DNA of 64,000 bases, from positions 96,001 through 160,000 of the forward strand of contig JBCCHT010000020.1 of NCBI GenBank assembly GCA_039028615.1, in the 5' to 3' direction. The notes beneath the pieces are model-generated. The model saw nothing but the letters and a program-made list of their open reading frames with translations, was not told where the DNA came from and did no database searches. The translations under genes were made by a program, and so were the position numbers. This DNA is from Myxococcota bacterium (lineage in GTDB: Bacteria > Myxococcota_A > Polyangia > Nannocystales > Nannocystaceae). Below, one piece after another: positions 47,289 to 57,997 of this stretch (position 1 is its first letter; every line of letters begins with the position of its first letter).

Positions 47289-48272
47289 ATGCACGTCGAC
47301 CTCCTCCTTCTGCCGGGGGCGTTCCAAACCCAGATCGCCGTCACCATCGACGGATTCGCCACCGCCAACCGGCTGCTGGCCGAGCTTTCCCCCGAGAGCC
47401 CGCCGCCGCTGTCGTGGTCGGTTCGCACGCGCGACGGCAAGCCGGTCGCCGCCAGCAACGGGCAGCCGGTGGTGGCAGACGGGCCATGGGAAGACGCCCG
47501 CGGCGACATTGCCCTGCCCTTCGGCGTGGGCATGCCCGACGAGTCGCTCATCACCTGCGGGCGAGCCTCTCCCCACTACGGTCGACTCGTGGAATTCCTG
47601 CGAGAGCGTCACGCCGCCGGAGCACGACTCGCGGGAAGCTGCGCCTCCACGTTTGCCCTCGCCGAGACGGGGCTGCTCGACAATGGGCGCGCCACGACGA
47701 GCTGGTGGCTCGGGCCTCTGTTTCGGCGAACCTTTCCCGCGGTCACCCTCGACCCGGACGCCTTGCTGACGGAACACAACCGGGTCACGTGCGCGGGGGC
47801 GGCCCTGGCCCAGTTCGATCTGGTGCTCTACCTCATCTCCCAGCAGGCGGGCGAGCTCGCCCGCGTGTGTGCCAAGTACTTCGTGCTCGACGGCGGGCGC
47901 CGCTCACAGGCCCCGTACATCATCCCGGAACACTTGGCTCGGCACGATCCACTCGTGGCCGATGCCCAGGACTGGATTCGCCGTCACTTGGTCTCGTCGT
48001 TCAGCATCGCCGACCTGGCGCAGCATCTCGGCTGCTCGAGTCGTACGCTCAATCGTCGCTTCGTTCGCGCCCTGGGGCATGCACCCTCGGTGTACATCCA
48101 ACGCTGCCGCGCCGAAGAAGCGGCCCGGTTGCTGCGCAGCACGGACGCATCGATCAGCGAGGTCGCGGCTCGGGTCGGCTACGCGGAGGAAGGAGCCCTG
48201 CGCAAGTCCTTCCAACGAACCTTCCACAGCAGCCCCCTCAGCTATCGCCAGCGGTACCGTCCCGGGCGATGA
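47289..48272 (+). CDS. GlxA-family (DJ-1 + AraC HTH) transcriptional regulator
   Basis: GSCASTFALAETGLL, ATTSWW, SSRTLNRRF, VAARVGY; divergent from the hydrolase. Confidence 0.93.
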   Translation: MHVDLLLLPGAFQTQIAVTIDGFATANRLLAELSPESPPPLSWSVRTRDGKPVAASNGQPVVADGPWEDARGDIALPFGVGMPDESLITCGRASPHYGRLVEFLRERHAAGARLAGSCASTFALAETGLLDNGRATTSWWLGPLFRRTFPAVTLDPDALLTEHNRVTCAGAALAQFDLVLYLISQQAGELARVCAKYFVLDGGRRSQAPYIIPEHLARHDPLVADAQDWIRRHLVSSFSIADLAQHLGCSSRTLNRRFVRALGHAPSVYIQRCRAEEAARLLRSTDASISEVAARVGYAEEGALRKSFQRTFHSSPLSYRQRYRPGR

Positions 48273-48287
48273 GCCGACGGCCGTCGG

Positions 48288-51209
48288 TCAGGGGGCAGCC
48301 GCGGTCGACGGCGTGAAGGTCCCCTCCGGGTCGAACATTTGCAGCCACTCGTCGACGGCCTTCACGCGCTCGTCCTTGCCCGCGTCCGCGAGCGCGCGCC
48401 GATCCTGCCAGGCAGCCTCGACGGCCTGTCGTAGGTGTTGCCGAGCCGCGACGTCGTCTCCGTCACGCTCGTCGAGCGTGGACAGCTCGACGTTCACGTT
48501 CCGCCGATCCTCGGGTTCGAGCCACGCCATCGCGAGCATCTCTTCGTAGGTCGCTCGCGCCTCGGCGTACTGCCCGAGGTTCTTCTCGACCGTGACCCGC
48601 ACCATCAGCGAGCTCTCGAGCGCCATGCGCTCGGGGTCCTTGCGGCGAATCGCGACCGCGCCCTCGGCCGCCGCCTTGGCGGCCTCGAACTCCTTGCGCC
48701 GAAGATACAGGCGCGCCAGGTTGTGCTGCGTCTGCCCGATGTCCTCGTGGTCGGCAGGCAGGCTCTGGCGGCGAATCTGGAGCGCTCGCTCGAGGGCATC
48801 GCGGGCCTGGTCGTACTGCTCGGACTTCGTGTACATGCGCCCGAGGTTGTTGTACTTGAGCGCGACGTTGGGGTGCTGGGGCCCGAGGTTGGCGACGGAG
48901 ATCTCGATGGACCGCAGGTACAGCGGCTCGGCCTGCTCGTAGCGCCCAAATCGATAGTGCATCGTGGCGATATTGTTGATGCTGCCCGCGAGCTTGGGGT
49001 GATCGGGGCCAAAGCCTTCGGTGCGCAGGCGCAGGGTCTCCTCGAACAGCTCGAGCGCCCCTTCGCGGTTGCCGGCTCGCGCCTCGACCATGGCCCGGTT
49101 GTTGACGAGCTGGGCGTTGAGCAAGCCGGAAGGGTCGCCCGCGAACCCGATGGCGAGCTGAGCATCGCGCACCCAGCCCTTGGCCTCGGCGGGCTTGCGG
49201 AGGCCGTAGCCGACGAACATGACCATGTCGACGGCGGCGACGCTGGCCACGCCCCACGCCCCCGACTCGGCGGCTTGCATATACGCAAGGGTTCCCTCTT
49301 CGGCGGCGGCTTCGTCGTCGTCGGTGGCGCTCGACAGCTTGCCGCGGAGGCGATGGGCCTGTGCGCTCAGTGGTGCCCAACCGAGCGCCTCGGCCCGCTC
49401 CACCGCGGGCGCGACCAGCTCGTGCCCCCGGGGGTAGTCACCCGCGTCATAGCTGACTTTCACCCGCGCGAGTTCATCTCGAAGCTCGCGGGACGCATCG
49501 GCGATCTCGGGACCCGGTGGCGGCGGCGAACGAGCCAACGCGGCCTCGTCGACGCAAGCGGCAGAACGAGGCAGCACCGCCGCCATGTCCACCGCCCGGC
49601 TCAGCAACGAAGCGTCGGCATCGACCAAGACTTCGACCAGCGCCTCGAGCTGCACGCGGTGATCGTCGAGGCACCACTGCGCGCGAGCGCGGGTGTCGTC
49701 GTTCCACTCGTGCTCGACCTCGGACGCCATGCAAGCCTGGGTCTGGGCGCTGCGCCATCCTTCGGCGTAGTCGTCGAGCCAGGGGCCCACGCGCTCGGCC
49801 ACGGCCGGGGCATGCGTCTGCCCCGTGGCGGCAAAGGACTGATCGACTCGAGCCCGTACGTCGTCGTTCCACAGCGCGCGGATACTCTCCCCGGATTCCT
49901 CGCAGGCCGCCACCCGCTGGGCGTGATCGATGCGCTGCTTGGCGTACACGCCCCCGACCCCGAGCGCGAGCACGCCCACCGCGAGCGCGCCTCGGCGGAT
50001 GCGTCGACGGACCCGCGCCTGGTCCATGGCGGCGAGCAGGGCGGCCATGTCCGGGTAGCGCTGCTTGGGAAGCGGCGCGAGGCCTCGCTCGCACACGCGA
50101 CGCAGCCAGGTCGGCGCGGCGCGGTCGGAGGGCGGCGGACGCCGCTCGTCATCGAGCACCGCGCACATCAGGTTGGGGATCGAGTTCCCTTCGAAAGGCC
50201 GCTCGCCGTAGAGCAACTCCCACAGCGTGACGCAGAACGAGAACTGATCGCTCCGCGCGTCGACGTCCTCCTGCCGCCACTGCTCGGCGGACATGTACGC
50301 GGGCGTGCCCAGCAGCGCGTTGCCTTCGGTCATCTCGGTATCGAGCGACGAGGACGTCGCGACCCCCGACAGCGAGGCGCTCGACCGAATGTCATCGTTG
50401 ACTTCCCGCGGCCCGTCGCCACGCGCGAGGCCGAAATCCATGACGCGCACGCGACCGTCGGCGCCGACCATGACGTTGTCGGGCTTGAAGTCGCGATGCA
50501 GCAGGTTGGCTTCATGGGCCGCCTGCAACCCCTCGCCGGCCTGCTGCATGATCGCGAGGATCTCCATCCACGAGCGAGGGGCGGCTGCGACCCAGTCGCC
50601 GATCGTCTGCCCTTCGACGAACTCCATCGCGATCCAGACGCTGCGGTCGAAGGTCCCGACGTCGTGCACGGAGACGACATTGGGGTGATTGAGTCGGGCG
50701 AGCGCCTGCGCCTCACGCAACAGCCGGGTGCGCCCCTCGGTCGCTTCGGCGTCGTTGCGGCGACCCGGGAGCATGAGCTTGATGGCCACCTTGCGGTCCA
50801 GCTCGGGATCGTAGGCGGCGTAGACCACTCCCATCCCGCCCATGCCGAGCTTCGACAGCACGACATAGCGATCGATCGGGTCTCCTTGCTCGAGGATCCG
50901 CGCCCCCTCCGTGTCGGCCTTGGGGGTCGGCGTTGCTCGAGCAGCCCCCGCCATCGTGGCATCGAGCCCGATCGACGGGCCGGCCATGGTCGCGGCCAGC
51001 TCGGGTGGGCCCTTCGGCGCGGGAGCGAGGGTGTCCTCGAGCGCGGGGCTGCCCGTGGCGGGCCCCAGCATGGTCTTGGCCATACCCGGCGCCTCGGCAG
51101 ATGGTTTCACCCCCGGCGACGCGGCGGCGAGGGTGTCCTCGACGCTCGGCGCACGCGGAGTCTCGGGCTGAGCTTCGCCCGAAGAATCGCTACGTGGGTC
51201 CTCGGCCAT
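48288..51209 (-). CDS. Membrane Ser/Thr protein kinase with TPR repeats
   Basis: GMGGMG, VAIK, HRDFKPDN, DFG, GTPAYMSAE; TPRs with GPDHP/GPQHP; start ATG 51209. Confidence 0.93.
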   Translation of the reverse strand: MAEDPRSDSSGEAQPETPRAPSVEDTLAAASPGVKPSAEAPGMAKTMLGPATGSPALEDTLAPAPKGPPELAATMAGPSIGLDATMAGAARATPTPKADTEGARILEQGDPIDRYVVLSKLGMGGMGVVYAAYDPELDRKVAIKLMLPGRRNDAEATEGRTRLLREAQALARLNHPNVVSVHDVGTFDRSVWIAMEFVEGQTIGDWVAAAPRSWMEILAIMQQAGEGLQAAHEANLLHRDFKPDNVMVGADGRVRVMDFGLARGDGPREVNDDIRSSASLSGVATSSSLDTEMTEGNALLGTPAYMSAEQWRQEDVDARSDQFSFCVTLWELLYGERPFEGNSIPNLMCAVLDDERRPPPSDRAAPTWLRRVCERGLAPLPKQRYPDMAALLAAMDQARVRRRIRRGALAVGVLALGVGGVYAKQRIDHAQRVAACEESGESIRALWNDDVRARVDQSFAATGQTHAPAVAERVGPWLDDYAEGWRSAQTQACMASEVEHEWNDDTRARAQWCLDDHRVQLEALVEVLVDADASLLSRAVDMAAVLPRSAACVDEAALARSPPPPGPEIADASRELRDELARVKVSYDAGDYPRGHELVAPAVERAEALGWAPLSAQAHRLRGKLSSATDDDEAAAEEGTLAYMQAAESGAWGVASVAAVDMVMFVGYGLRKPAEAKGWVRDAQLAIGFAGDPSGLLNAQLVNNRAMVEARAGNREGALELFEETLRLRTEGFGPDHPKLAGSINNIATMHYRFGRYEQAEPLYLRSIEISVANLGPQHPNVALKYNNLGRMYTKSEQYDQARDALERALQIRRQSLPADHEDIGQTQHNLARLYLRRKEFEAAKAAAEGAVAIRRKDPERMALESSLMVRVTVEKNLGQYAEARATYEEMLAMAWLEPEDRRNVNVELSTLDERDGDDVAARQHLRQAVEAAWQDRRALADAGKDERVKAVDEWLQMFDPEGTFTPSTAAAP

Positions 51210-51395
51210 GAGGGGGCGCCGCCATCGTATCAAGCCAATCGCGCGAGCGACCACCGTCGGGGATGACCATCCTCGAACGATGACCCGGCGGTGCACGGTG
51301 CGAACTTCGATGCCGAGTCGGCGCCCGGTCAGGGATCCCGCCGGGCTTGGCTCTTCCGTCGTCGGTGTGGCACAACCTCCGCGCATCGGGTTTGT

Positions 51396-52316
51396 ATGAA
51401 CATCGAACGCTTCTACCCCATCGGTACTCCAGGCCAACCGTGGACCCACGCCGACAAGGCGGCATGGTACGAGCGCCAGTCGATCCAACGGAGCTATCGC
51501 GAGGAGGTGCTCGACAAGCTCGCGCGACTCGACCCGAGCTTCGAGGTCCGGCAGCACGGCGCCCTGAGCATCGACGCCGACCGCTATCCGCTGATGGCGG
51601 TCACCTGCAGGTCGACGAACCCCGATGCGCCCTGGGCCCTGGTGACCGGCGGCGTGCATGGCTACGAGACCAGCGGCGTGCAGGGGGCCCTCACCTTCCT
51701 CGCCGACCACGCCCACGAGTACGCCGACCGCCTCAACCTGCTGGTCGCCCCCTGCGTCAGCCCCTGGGGCTACGAGGTCATCAACCGCTGGAATCCGCAG
51801 GCGGTCGATCCCAACCGCTCGTTCATGGCCGACGGCCCCGCCGAGGAATCGAACGCGCTCATGAAGCTGGTGGCCGAGGCGGGGGTGGACTTCCTCGTGC
51901 ACATCGACCTGCACGAGACCACCGACAGCGACGAGCAGGAGTTCCGCCCCGCCCTGGCCGCGCGCGACGGCAAGCCCTTCGAGCCGGGCATGATCCCCGA
52001 CGGCTTCTACACCGTCGGCGACACCGAGAACCCGCAGCCCGAATTCCAGGCCGCCATCGTGGCCGGCGTGGAGGCGGTGACCCACATCGCGCCCGCCGAC
52101 GACCACGGCCAGATCATCGGCTCCGACGTCACCCAGACCGGCGTGATCAACTACCCCTTCGAGTCGCTGGGGCTGTGCGCGAGCGTCACCAACGCGACGT
52201 ACACGACCACCACCGAGGTCTACCCGGATAGCCCCAAGGCCACCGACGAGATCTGTAACGCGGCGCAAGTCGCCGCGGTGCAGGCCGCGTTCGACTACGC
52301 GCTCCGCAGTCGCTGA
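51396..52316 (+). CDS. M14-like metallocarboxypeptidase (succinylglutamate desuccinylase-like)
   Basis: GGVHGYE, DPNRSF, IDLHET, TTTTEVYP. Confidence 0.9.
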   Translation: MNIERFYPIGTPGQPWTHADKAAWYERQSIQRSYREEVLDKLARLDPSFEVRQHGALSIDADRYPLMAVTCRSTNPDAPWALVTGGVHGYETSGVQGALTFLADHAHEYADRLNLLVAPCVSPWGYEVINRWNPQAVDPNRSFMADGPAEESNALMKLVAEAGVDFLVHIDLHETTDSDEQEFRPALAARDGKPFEPGMIPDGFYTVGDTENPQPEFQAAIVAGVEAVTHIAPADDHGQIIGSDVTQTGVINYPFESLGLCASVTNATYTTTTEVYPDSPKATDEICNAAQVAAVQAAFDYALRSR

Positions 52317-52518
52317 GAACACCGCTCATGGGCCGATCGCCGATCGGCCCGTGCGCGCGCTCGACCAGCGTTGAACATCGGTAGGAGGGACGTCACGCCG
52401 CGGCCCCGGGCACGCGCGGTCCCGCCTGGCTATGGTGCGCCGGGGACTGCCAGTACGGGATGCGTGCGCCGCTGACGGTGCACGCCCACTCGGTCCCCTT
52501 TTGCCGACGGAGCTTTTC

Positions 52519-54726
52519 ATGACACCGACTCGCCGTACCCCGCTCCCCTCGTTCGCCCTCGTCGTGGCCAGCCTCGCGCTCGGCTGCGGTGACGATGGCT
52601 CGGCGACCAGTGACACCGCGACGGAGACGGGCGGCACCACCATGGTCGCCGCGTCGACCAGCGGCACGGAGACCGGCGCCGACGAGACGGGCACGAGCAC
52701 GGGCGCGGACGAGCAGGTCTTCGTGCTGGCCGACGGCACCGAGGTCTTGGTCGATGCGGAAGGCGGCATCACGCTGCGCGCCGACGGTCGCCGCTTCTTC
52801 GGCACGGCCTCGGGCGTGGGCCCGGTGGCGCGGCGCTTCACCACCGAGTGGATCGGCGGCCTGGGTATCTGGGAGTTCACTCGCTCGGGCGAAGAGGCGC
52901 TCGGTGTCCCGAACTTCGACCAGGCCTACGCCGAGGGCGACGAGGTGCACGTGGAGTTCGTCAGCGGCGACGGCGGGCCGCGGGCTCGCTTCACCCTCTC
53001 CACGCACGCCGCCAATCAAGCCACGCGCATCGTGATGACCATCGAAGGCGTCGAGGATGCGGCCTCGATGGCCGTGCCCCTGCGCTGCGACGAGGAGGCG
53101 ACCTTCTACGGGCTGGGCGAGCAGTACAACGGCACCGAGCACCGCGGCGAGGAAATCTCGCTGTGGTCGAGCGAGCAGGGCATCGGCCGCGATCCCGAGG
53201 TGCCGAAGCTGCCGACCAACGGGGACGAGCACACGACGTACTTCCCGATGCCCTACTTCCTCGACGCACGGGGCTTCGGGGTGTTGGTGCAGACCGATTA
53301 TCGGGTCGAGGTCGACCTGTGCAGCAGCAATGCCGACGTCGCCTGGTTCGAGGTGATCGACGGCGCGCCCGTCGACATGCTGGTGTTCCATGGCGAGTCA
53401 CCGCTCGACGTGGTGCGGCAGCTCGGCGACGAGGTGGGCCGGCCCCCCGTGCCCCCGCAGTGGGCCTGGAGCCCGTGGATCGGGGCCCAGGGCGGCCGAG
53501 ACACCATCCTGGCCGAGGCCGACGCACTCGAGGCGGCCGAGATCCCCGTGGGCGCGCTGTGGGTCCAAGACTGGACCGGCGTCCGCCCCAACGCCGACGG
53601 AGGGTTTGGCGTCGAATACCGCTGGCTGCCGGACGAGGAGCACTACCCCGACCTCGAGGGCATGATCGCCGAGCTCCACATGCGGGGCTTCCGGTTCCTC
53701 ACCTACGCCAACCCGTTCATCGACCCCACCCTCGAGCACTGGGACGAGATGATCGCGGACGACCTGCTCATCCACGACGCCAAGGGCCAGCCCTACCAGC
53801 ACCTCGCCCCCAACGGGTTTTCGTCCCACCCCGACCTCACCAACGAGGACGCGCGTGAGTACGTCCGGGGCTACCTGCGAGCGATGGTCGAGCAGTACGG
53901 CATGGACGGGTGGATGGCCGACTTCGCCGAGTGGCTGCCCGTCGACTCCGTGTTGTCCGACGGCACCGATGCCTTCGCGTTCCACAACCGCTTCCCCGTG
54001 GAGTGGCAACGGATGTCGCGCGAGGTCATGGACGAGCTGCGACCCGATGGCGACTGGGTCGTCTTTGGGCGCTCGGGGTGGACCGGGGCCCAGGGTGTCG
54101 CGATGGTGTACTGGGTCGGCGATCAAGAAGCCGACTGGAGCCCCCACGACGGCCTGCCCACCGTGGTGCCCGCCATGCTCAGCCTCGGCCTTTCGGGCGT
54201 GCCCTTCACCACCCATGACATCGCGGGCTTCTCCGGCGGTCCCTCGACCAAGGAGCTGTTCCAGCGGTGGACCGAGCTGGGCGCGTTCACGCCGATCATG
54301 CGCACGCACGAGGGCAACCAGAGCGACTTGAACTGGAACTGGGACGGCGACGCCGAGACCACCGAGCACTTCCGTCGCTTCGCCCGCGTCCACGAGGCGC
54401 TGGCGCCCGAGCTCGAGGTGATGGCCGCCGACGGAGCCAGCAGCTCCGTCCCCATGGTTCGCCACCTGATGCTCGAGTTCCCCGACGACGCCGGGAGCCG
54501 CACGGTGAGCGACCAGTTCCTGCTGGGGCCCTCGCTGTTGGTGGCGCCGGTCGTCGAGCAAGGCGCGACCACTCGCAGCGTCTACCTGCCCCCCGGGACT
54601 TGGTTCCACGTGTGGACCGGCGACGAGTACGAGGGCGGCACGACCGTCGACGTCGACGCGCCGATCGGCTCGCCCCCCGTGTTCTCCCGCGACACCGACC
54701 GCGCCGACCTCCGCGAGATCGAGTAG
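52519..54726 (+). CDS. Glycoside hydrolase family 31 lipoprotein (YihQ/sulfoquinovosidase-like)
   Basis: LALGC lipobox; WVQDWTG, WMADFAE nucleophile, WVGDQ acid/base, RTHEGN, QFLLG. Confidence 0.92.
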   Translation: MTPTRRTPLPSFALVVASLALGCGDDGSATSDTATETGGTTMVAASTSGTETGADETGTSTGADEQVFVLADGTEVLVDAEGGITLRADGRRFFGTASGVGPVARRFTTEWIGGLGIWEFTRSGEEALGVPNFDQAYAEGDEVHVEFVSGDGGPRARFTLSTHAANQATRIVMTIEGVEDAASMAVPLRCDEEATFYGLGEQYNGTEHRGEEISLWSSEQGIGRDPEVPKLPTNGDEHTTYFPMPYFLDARGFGVLVQTDYRVEVDLCSSNADVAWFEVIDGAPVDMLVFHGESPLDVVRQLGDEVGRPPVPPQWAWSPWIGAQGGRDTILAEADALEAAEIPVGALWVQDWTGVRPNADGGFGVEYRWLPDEEHYPDLEGMIAELHMRGFRFLTYANPFIDPTLEHWDEMIADDLLIHDAKGQPYQHLAPNGFSSHPDLTNEDAREYVRGYLRAMVEQYGMDGWMADFAEWLPVDSVLSDGTDAFAFHNRFPVEWQRMSREVMDELRPDGDWVVFGRSGWTGAQGVAMVYWVGDQEADWSPHDGLPTVVPAMLSLGLSGVPFTTHDIAGFSGGPSTKELFQRWTELGAFTPIMRTHEGNQSDLNWNWDGDAETTEHFRRFARVHEALAPELEVMAADGASSSVPMVRHLMLEFPDDAGSRTVSDQFLLGPSLLVAPVVEQGATTRSVYLPPGTWFHVWTGDEYEGGTTVDVDAPIGSPPVFSRDTDRADLREIE

Positions 54727-54739
54727 CGAAGGGCGGGCG

Positions 54740-55324
54740 CTACCCGACCGGCGTGTAGTACTGCGTCCGAAGCTGCCCCTCCCGACGCAGCACGACGGCG
54801 ACCTCTTCGGCCTTCTCCACGGTGGGGTAGACGGCCATCATGTCGTCGAACGAAGTCACGGGGTGGCCGGCCACGGACACCAGCTCGTCGCCGGTTTGCA
54901 GCGCCAGCCGAGCCCCGATGCTGCCCGGAGTCACCGTCCGCACCGTCACGACGCCGCCGGTCGGAGCATCAGGGTCCAGCTTCAACAGCGGCACCCCGGG
55001 AACCGTCTCGGGATGCGCGAGCACGCGTCGAATGAGGCTCCGCGGCACGGTGCAGCGCTCGCGAACGCAGACGATCTCGGCCTCGCCTTCGTCGGGCGAG
55101 TGCTCGGCTGCAGCCGTGCCCGGTTCGGCGGCGGCGACCACCATCGGTGCCTTTGCCTCTGCCTCGAGCGCGCTGGCCTGTGCGGCGGCAACGACCCGCT
55201 CCTGCCCCGGCGTCGCCTCGACCACCTCCCCTCGCTCGCACGCCACGGGGGAACCGAGAAACACTCCGAGGCCGAGACACGAGCTCAGCAGCGAAGACCG
55301 GGGTCGACAGACGCTCTTGGACAT
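54740..55324 (-). CDS. Lipoprotein with GspC-like PDZ domain
   Basis: PVAC lipobox; PGSIGARLALQTGDELVSVAG...VVLRREG. Confidence 0.75.
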   Translation of the reverse strand: MSKSVCRPRSSLLSSCLGLGVFLGSPVACERGEVVEATPGQERVVAAAQASALEAEAKAPMVVAAAEPGTAAAEHSPDEGEAEIVCVRERCTVPRSLIRRVLAHPETVPGVPLLKLDPDAPTGGVVTVRTVTPGSIGARLALQTGDELVSVAGHPVTSFDDMMAVYPTVEKAEEVAVVLRREGQLRTQYYTPVG

Positions 55325-55444
55325 GACCACGAATAGAGCAACGGTCGTGCCAATCCCCGCGGCCAATGATGCCGAAGGGTGCCGCCGGGCGAGCACCCCC
55401 TTCGATCGTCATCGTGTCACACCGCTCGAGACCCACCGACAAAT

Positions 55445-55484
55445 CGGCCCGGGGTGAAGCCGGGGGTGGCTTCACCCCGGGCCG
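55445..55484 (-). terminator. 17-bp perfect hairpin, likely terminator or stabiliser of the 55519-57585 transcript
   Basis: CGGCCCGGGGTGAAGCC-6 nt-GGCTTCACCCCGGGCCG, 34 nt past the stop; only a short T tract on the minus strand. Confidence 0.65.
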
Positions 55485-55518
55485 CGGGGTTAGCGGGGAT
55501 TGTGTACGCGAGAGACGG

Positions 55519-57585
55519 TCAGTCCCAGTACGCCCAGATGGCGCTCACGTAGAGCTTGACCCACTTGTGGGGGCCGATCTCTCCCGCGTAGAACATGTCG
55601 TCGAGGGAGTCGGTGACGCACTGGCGGTAGGACCAGTAGCTGGGCCAGTCCGCGTCGTAGCTGCACGGGATCTCGGGCATGGTGAAGCGCTTGCCCGCCC
55701 GAACCCCGTAGACACGGTTGCGCACGCCTCCGGGCCAGAGGATGTCGAGGCGACCACGGGGGGCCGAACCGAGGCCAAAGACCTGCTCCCGCGCGTGGCT
55801 GGAGGCATAGGTGGCGCCGTCGACCACGGGGCGGGTGCTGGTATCGCCCCACCGCGGGGTGAAGCTGATCACGGCTCCGATGCCATCGCGGTTGACCCCC
55901 GCGCCGTCGACGATGTCGACCATGCCCTTGGCCTTGATCTTCACCCAGTTGTTGCCGTTGTCGCCGCTGTTGAGCTCGACGGAGACGGTGCCGTCTTCGG
56001 GCTCGATGCCCGTGAACACGAACTCGCCCGGGCCGATGGGCGCGAAGGTGGGCACGAACGCCGAGTCGTCGAACACCGAGCCATAGGTGCCGCCCTCATA
56101 GGGCACCAGCGGGATCGGGTCGGGGTTGTCGAGGTTGGAGACGGTCACCACATCGGCGAAGCCGTCGTCGTCGAGGTCACCGACCGCGAGCCCCTGCACG
56201 TTGCGACGCCGATGATCGGTGCCGCTGGCCACCATGGTGTCCAGCTCGAAGCTCGCCGAGCAGCCCTGGTTCTGCAGCACGACGCCGGCGTTGCTCGCCT
56301 CGATGAAGGGGCCGACGTCGAGACCACCGTGGTAGATGATGTCGTCGTCGCCGTCGTTGTCGTAGTCGTAGATCTGCGAGCCCCAGCCGAATACGGAGGC
56401 CACGGTGGAGCCCACGCCCGGGTCGCTGAAGGTGCCGTCCGGCTGCTGCAGCAGCCACCGCGACGCCGAGTCGCCCAGCGAGTAAAACGGCATGATGGGG
56501 ATCGGCATGTAGTCGCCGATGTTCGAGCCAAAGATGTCGATCTCGCCGTTGCAGTCGAGGTCGCCGAAGGACAGGCTCATCCACTGCCCCTGGAGGTTCG
56601 TCTGGGTGTCCAGGGTGATGTCGGTGAACTGACCCGTGCCGTCGTTGTCGAAGATGTGGATCAGGCCTCGGTCGACGCCCCCGGCAAACTCGGGAGCCAC
56701 CGCCGCCTGGTCGTCGGCCTGCACCAAGTCGAGATCGCCATCCTGGTCGATGTCGACGAGCGCGATGGCCCAGGTGATGGTCGCCTCGCCATCGGCGGGG
56801 GGTGAGAACCCGGTGGTCTCCTGGATGCCCGAGACCGCGCTGACGTCGGTAAAGACGCCGTCGCCCTCGTTCATGAACAGCTGGTTGTGTTGGTTGCCCG
56901 CGTAGGGCTCGACGAAGATCGGCGCCTGCTGGGTGAAGTCGGTGTACGCGTTGGCGACCACGACATCGAGCAAGCCGTCTCCGTCGACATCGCCGAACGA
57001 ACACGACGTGCCCATCATGTTGCCGCCGCCGATCTCCGACAACCCGGTGATGTCGGCGAAGGTGCCGTCACCTTGGTTCTCGAGCAGGCGATTGGGCTCC
57101 TCGGCGCCCAAGACCAGCAGGTCGGGATCGCCATCGTTGTCGATGTCGCCGTAGCAGACGCCGTCGCTGTCTTGATCGGTCAGGTCGCTGCCCGACGCCA
57201 CGCCCACGTCGTGAAACTCGACCGTGCCCGTCTGCTCGAGCAGGTTCTTGTAGAGGCTGTTGGCCGCGCCCGGGCCGTTGCTGATGTACATGTCGAGGTC
57301 GCCGTCGCCGTCGTAGTCGAGCAGCGCGACCCCGGGGGCGCCGCGAGACTTGAGCGGCGTGTCGACGACATCGGCCATCGTGTAGACCGGCTGCGCCTTG
57401 AGGACGTCGAACAGATCATCGCGAGGCGACTCGGCCCGGCGATAGTCGATACCCGCACCGTCCCCGGCTGCGATATCGATGAACTCGACTCCGCCGTCGG
57501 CCCACGCCGACGACACTACGAGCAATGAACACACGACTACCAACGATGGACCCATCCTGGATCCACGACCAATCGGTCCCGGCAT
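55519..57585 (-). CDS. CRTAC1/ASPIC-UnbV family secreted FG-GAP repeat protein
   Basis: Signal peptide; DYDGDGDLD repeats; NRDGIGA, QVFGLG, ILWPGG. Confidence 0.92.
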   Translation of the reverse strand: MPGPIGRGSRMGPSLVVVCSLLVVSSAWADGGVEFIDIAAGDGAGIDYRRAESPRDDLFDVLKAQPVYTMADVVDTPLKSRGAPGVALLDYDGDGDLDMYISNGPGAANSLYKNLLEQTGTVEFHDVGVASGSDLTDQDSDGVCYGDIDNDGDPDLLVLGAEEPNRLLENQGDGTFADITGLSEIGGGNMMGTSCSFGDVDGDGLLDVVVANAYTDFTQQAPIFVEPYAGNQHNQLFMNEGDGVFTDVSAVSGIQETTGFSPPADGEATITWAIALVDIDQDGDLDLVQADDQAAVAPEFAGGVDRGLIHIFDNDGTGQFTDITLDTQTNLQGQWMSLSFGDLDCNGEIDIFGSNIGDYMPIPIMPFYSLGDSASRWLLQQPDGTFSDPGVGSTVASVFGWGSQIYDYDNDGDDDIIYHGGLDVGPFIEASNAGVVLQNQGCSASFELDTMVASGTDHRRRNVQGLAVGDLDDDGFADVVTVSNLDNPDPIPLVPYEGGTYGSVFDDSAFVPTFAPIGPGEFVFTGIEPEDGTVSVELNSGDNGNNWVKIKAKGMVDIVDGAGVNRDGIGAVISFTPRWGDTSTRPVVDGATYASSHAREQVFGLGSAPRGRLDILWPGGVRNRVYGVRAGKRFTMPEIPCSYDADWPSYWSYRQCVTDSLDDMFYAGEIGPHKWVKLYVSAIWAYWD

Positions 57586-57997
57586 AACCAACTCCTTTGG
57601 TTCTTGTTTTTGAACGTCTCCCCTGGGACGGGCAGACATCAGTCAGCGGAGCATGTCGAAGGTGACGGTGCAATTACGCGCAACGGCTTTTTTCACAATG
57701 GGACTGGCACGCGCGGCGGCCCTGTAACGCGTTGTAGGGCCGAGTCTCTCTTGGTCTCCTGACATTCTTTTCGATGACACTGGTGTCGGTCATCTCCACG
57801 CTCGACCGAGCGCGTCGAGGCGACTGGCCGGTCACCCTTGAGGTTCCCCCGATACGCACGATCCGTGCTCGACGACGCACCGAAACCCGCGACGCCGACG
57901 TTTGAAATCGAATCGAAATGGGCACCAGAGGCGCCGCGTCGTCGCTCGGCCGCGGCGGTTGAGAGAGGCTTGGCGACCGTGTTCAACTCGTAGGGCC

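Noticed and set aside
51210..52322. N-terminal extension of the 1344-aa kinase ORF
   Set aside because: Antisense shadow of the M14 peptidase gene; the kinase most likely starts at 51209.
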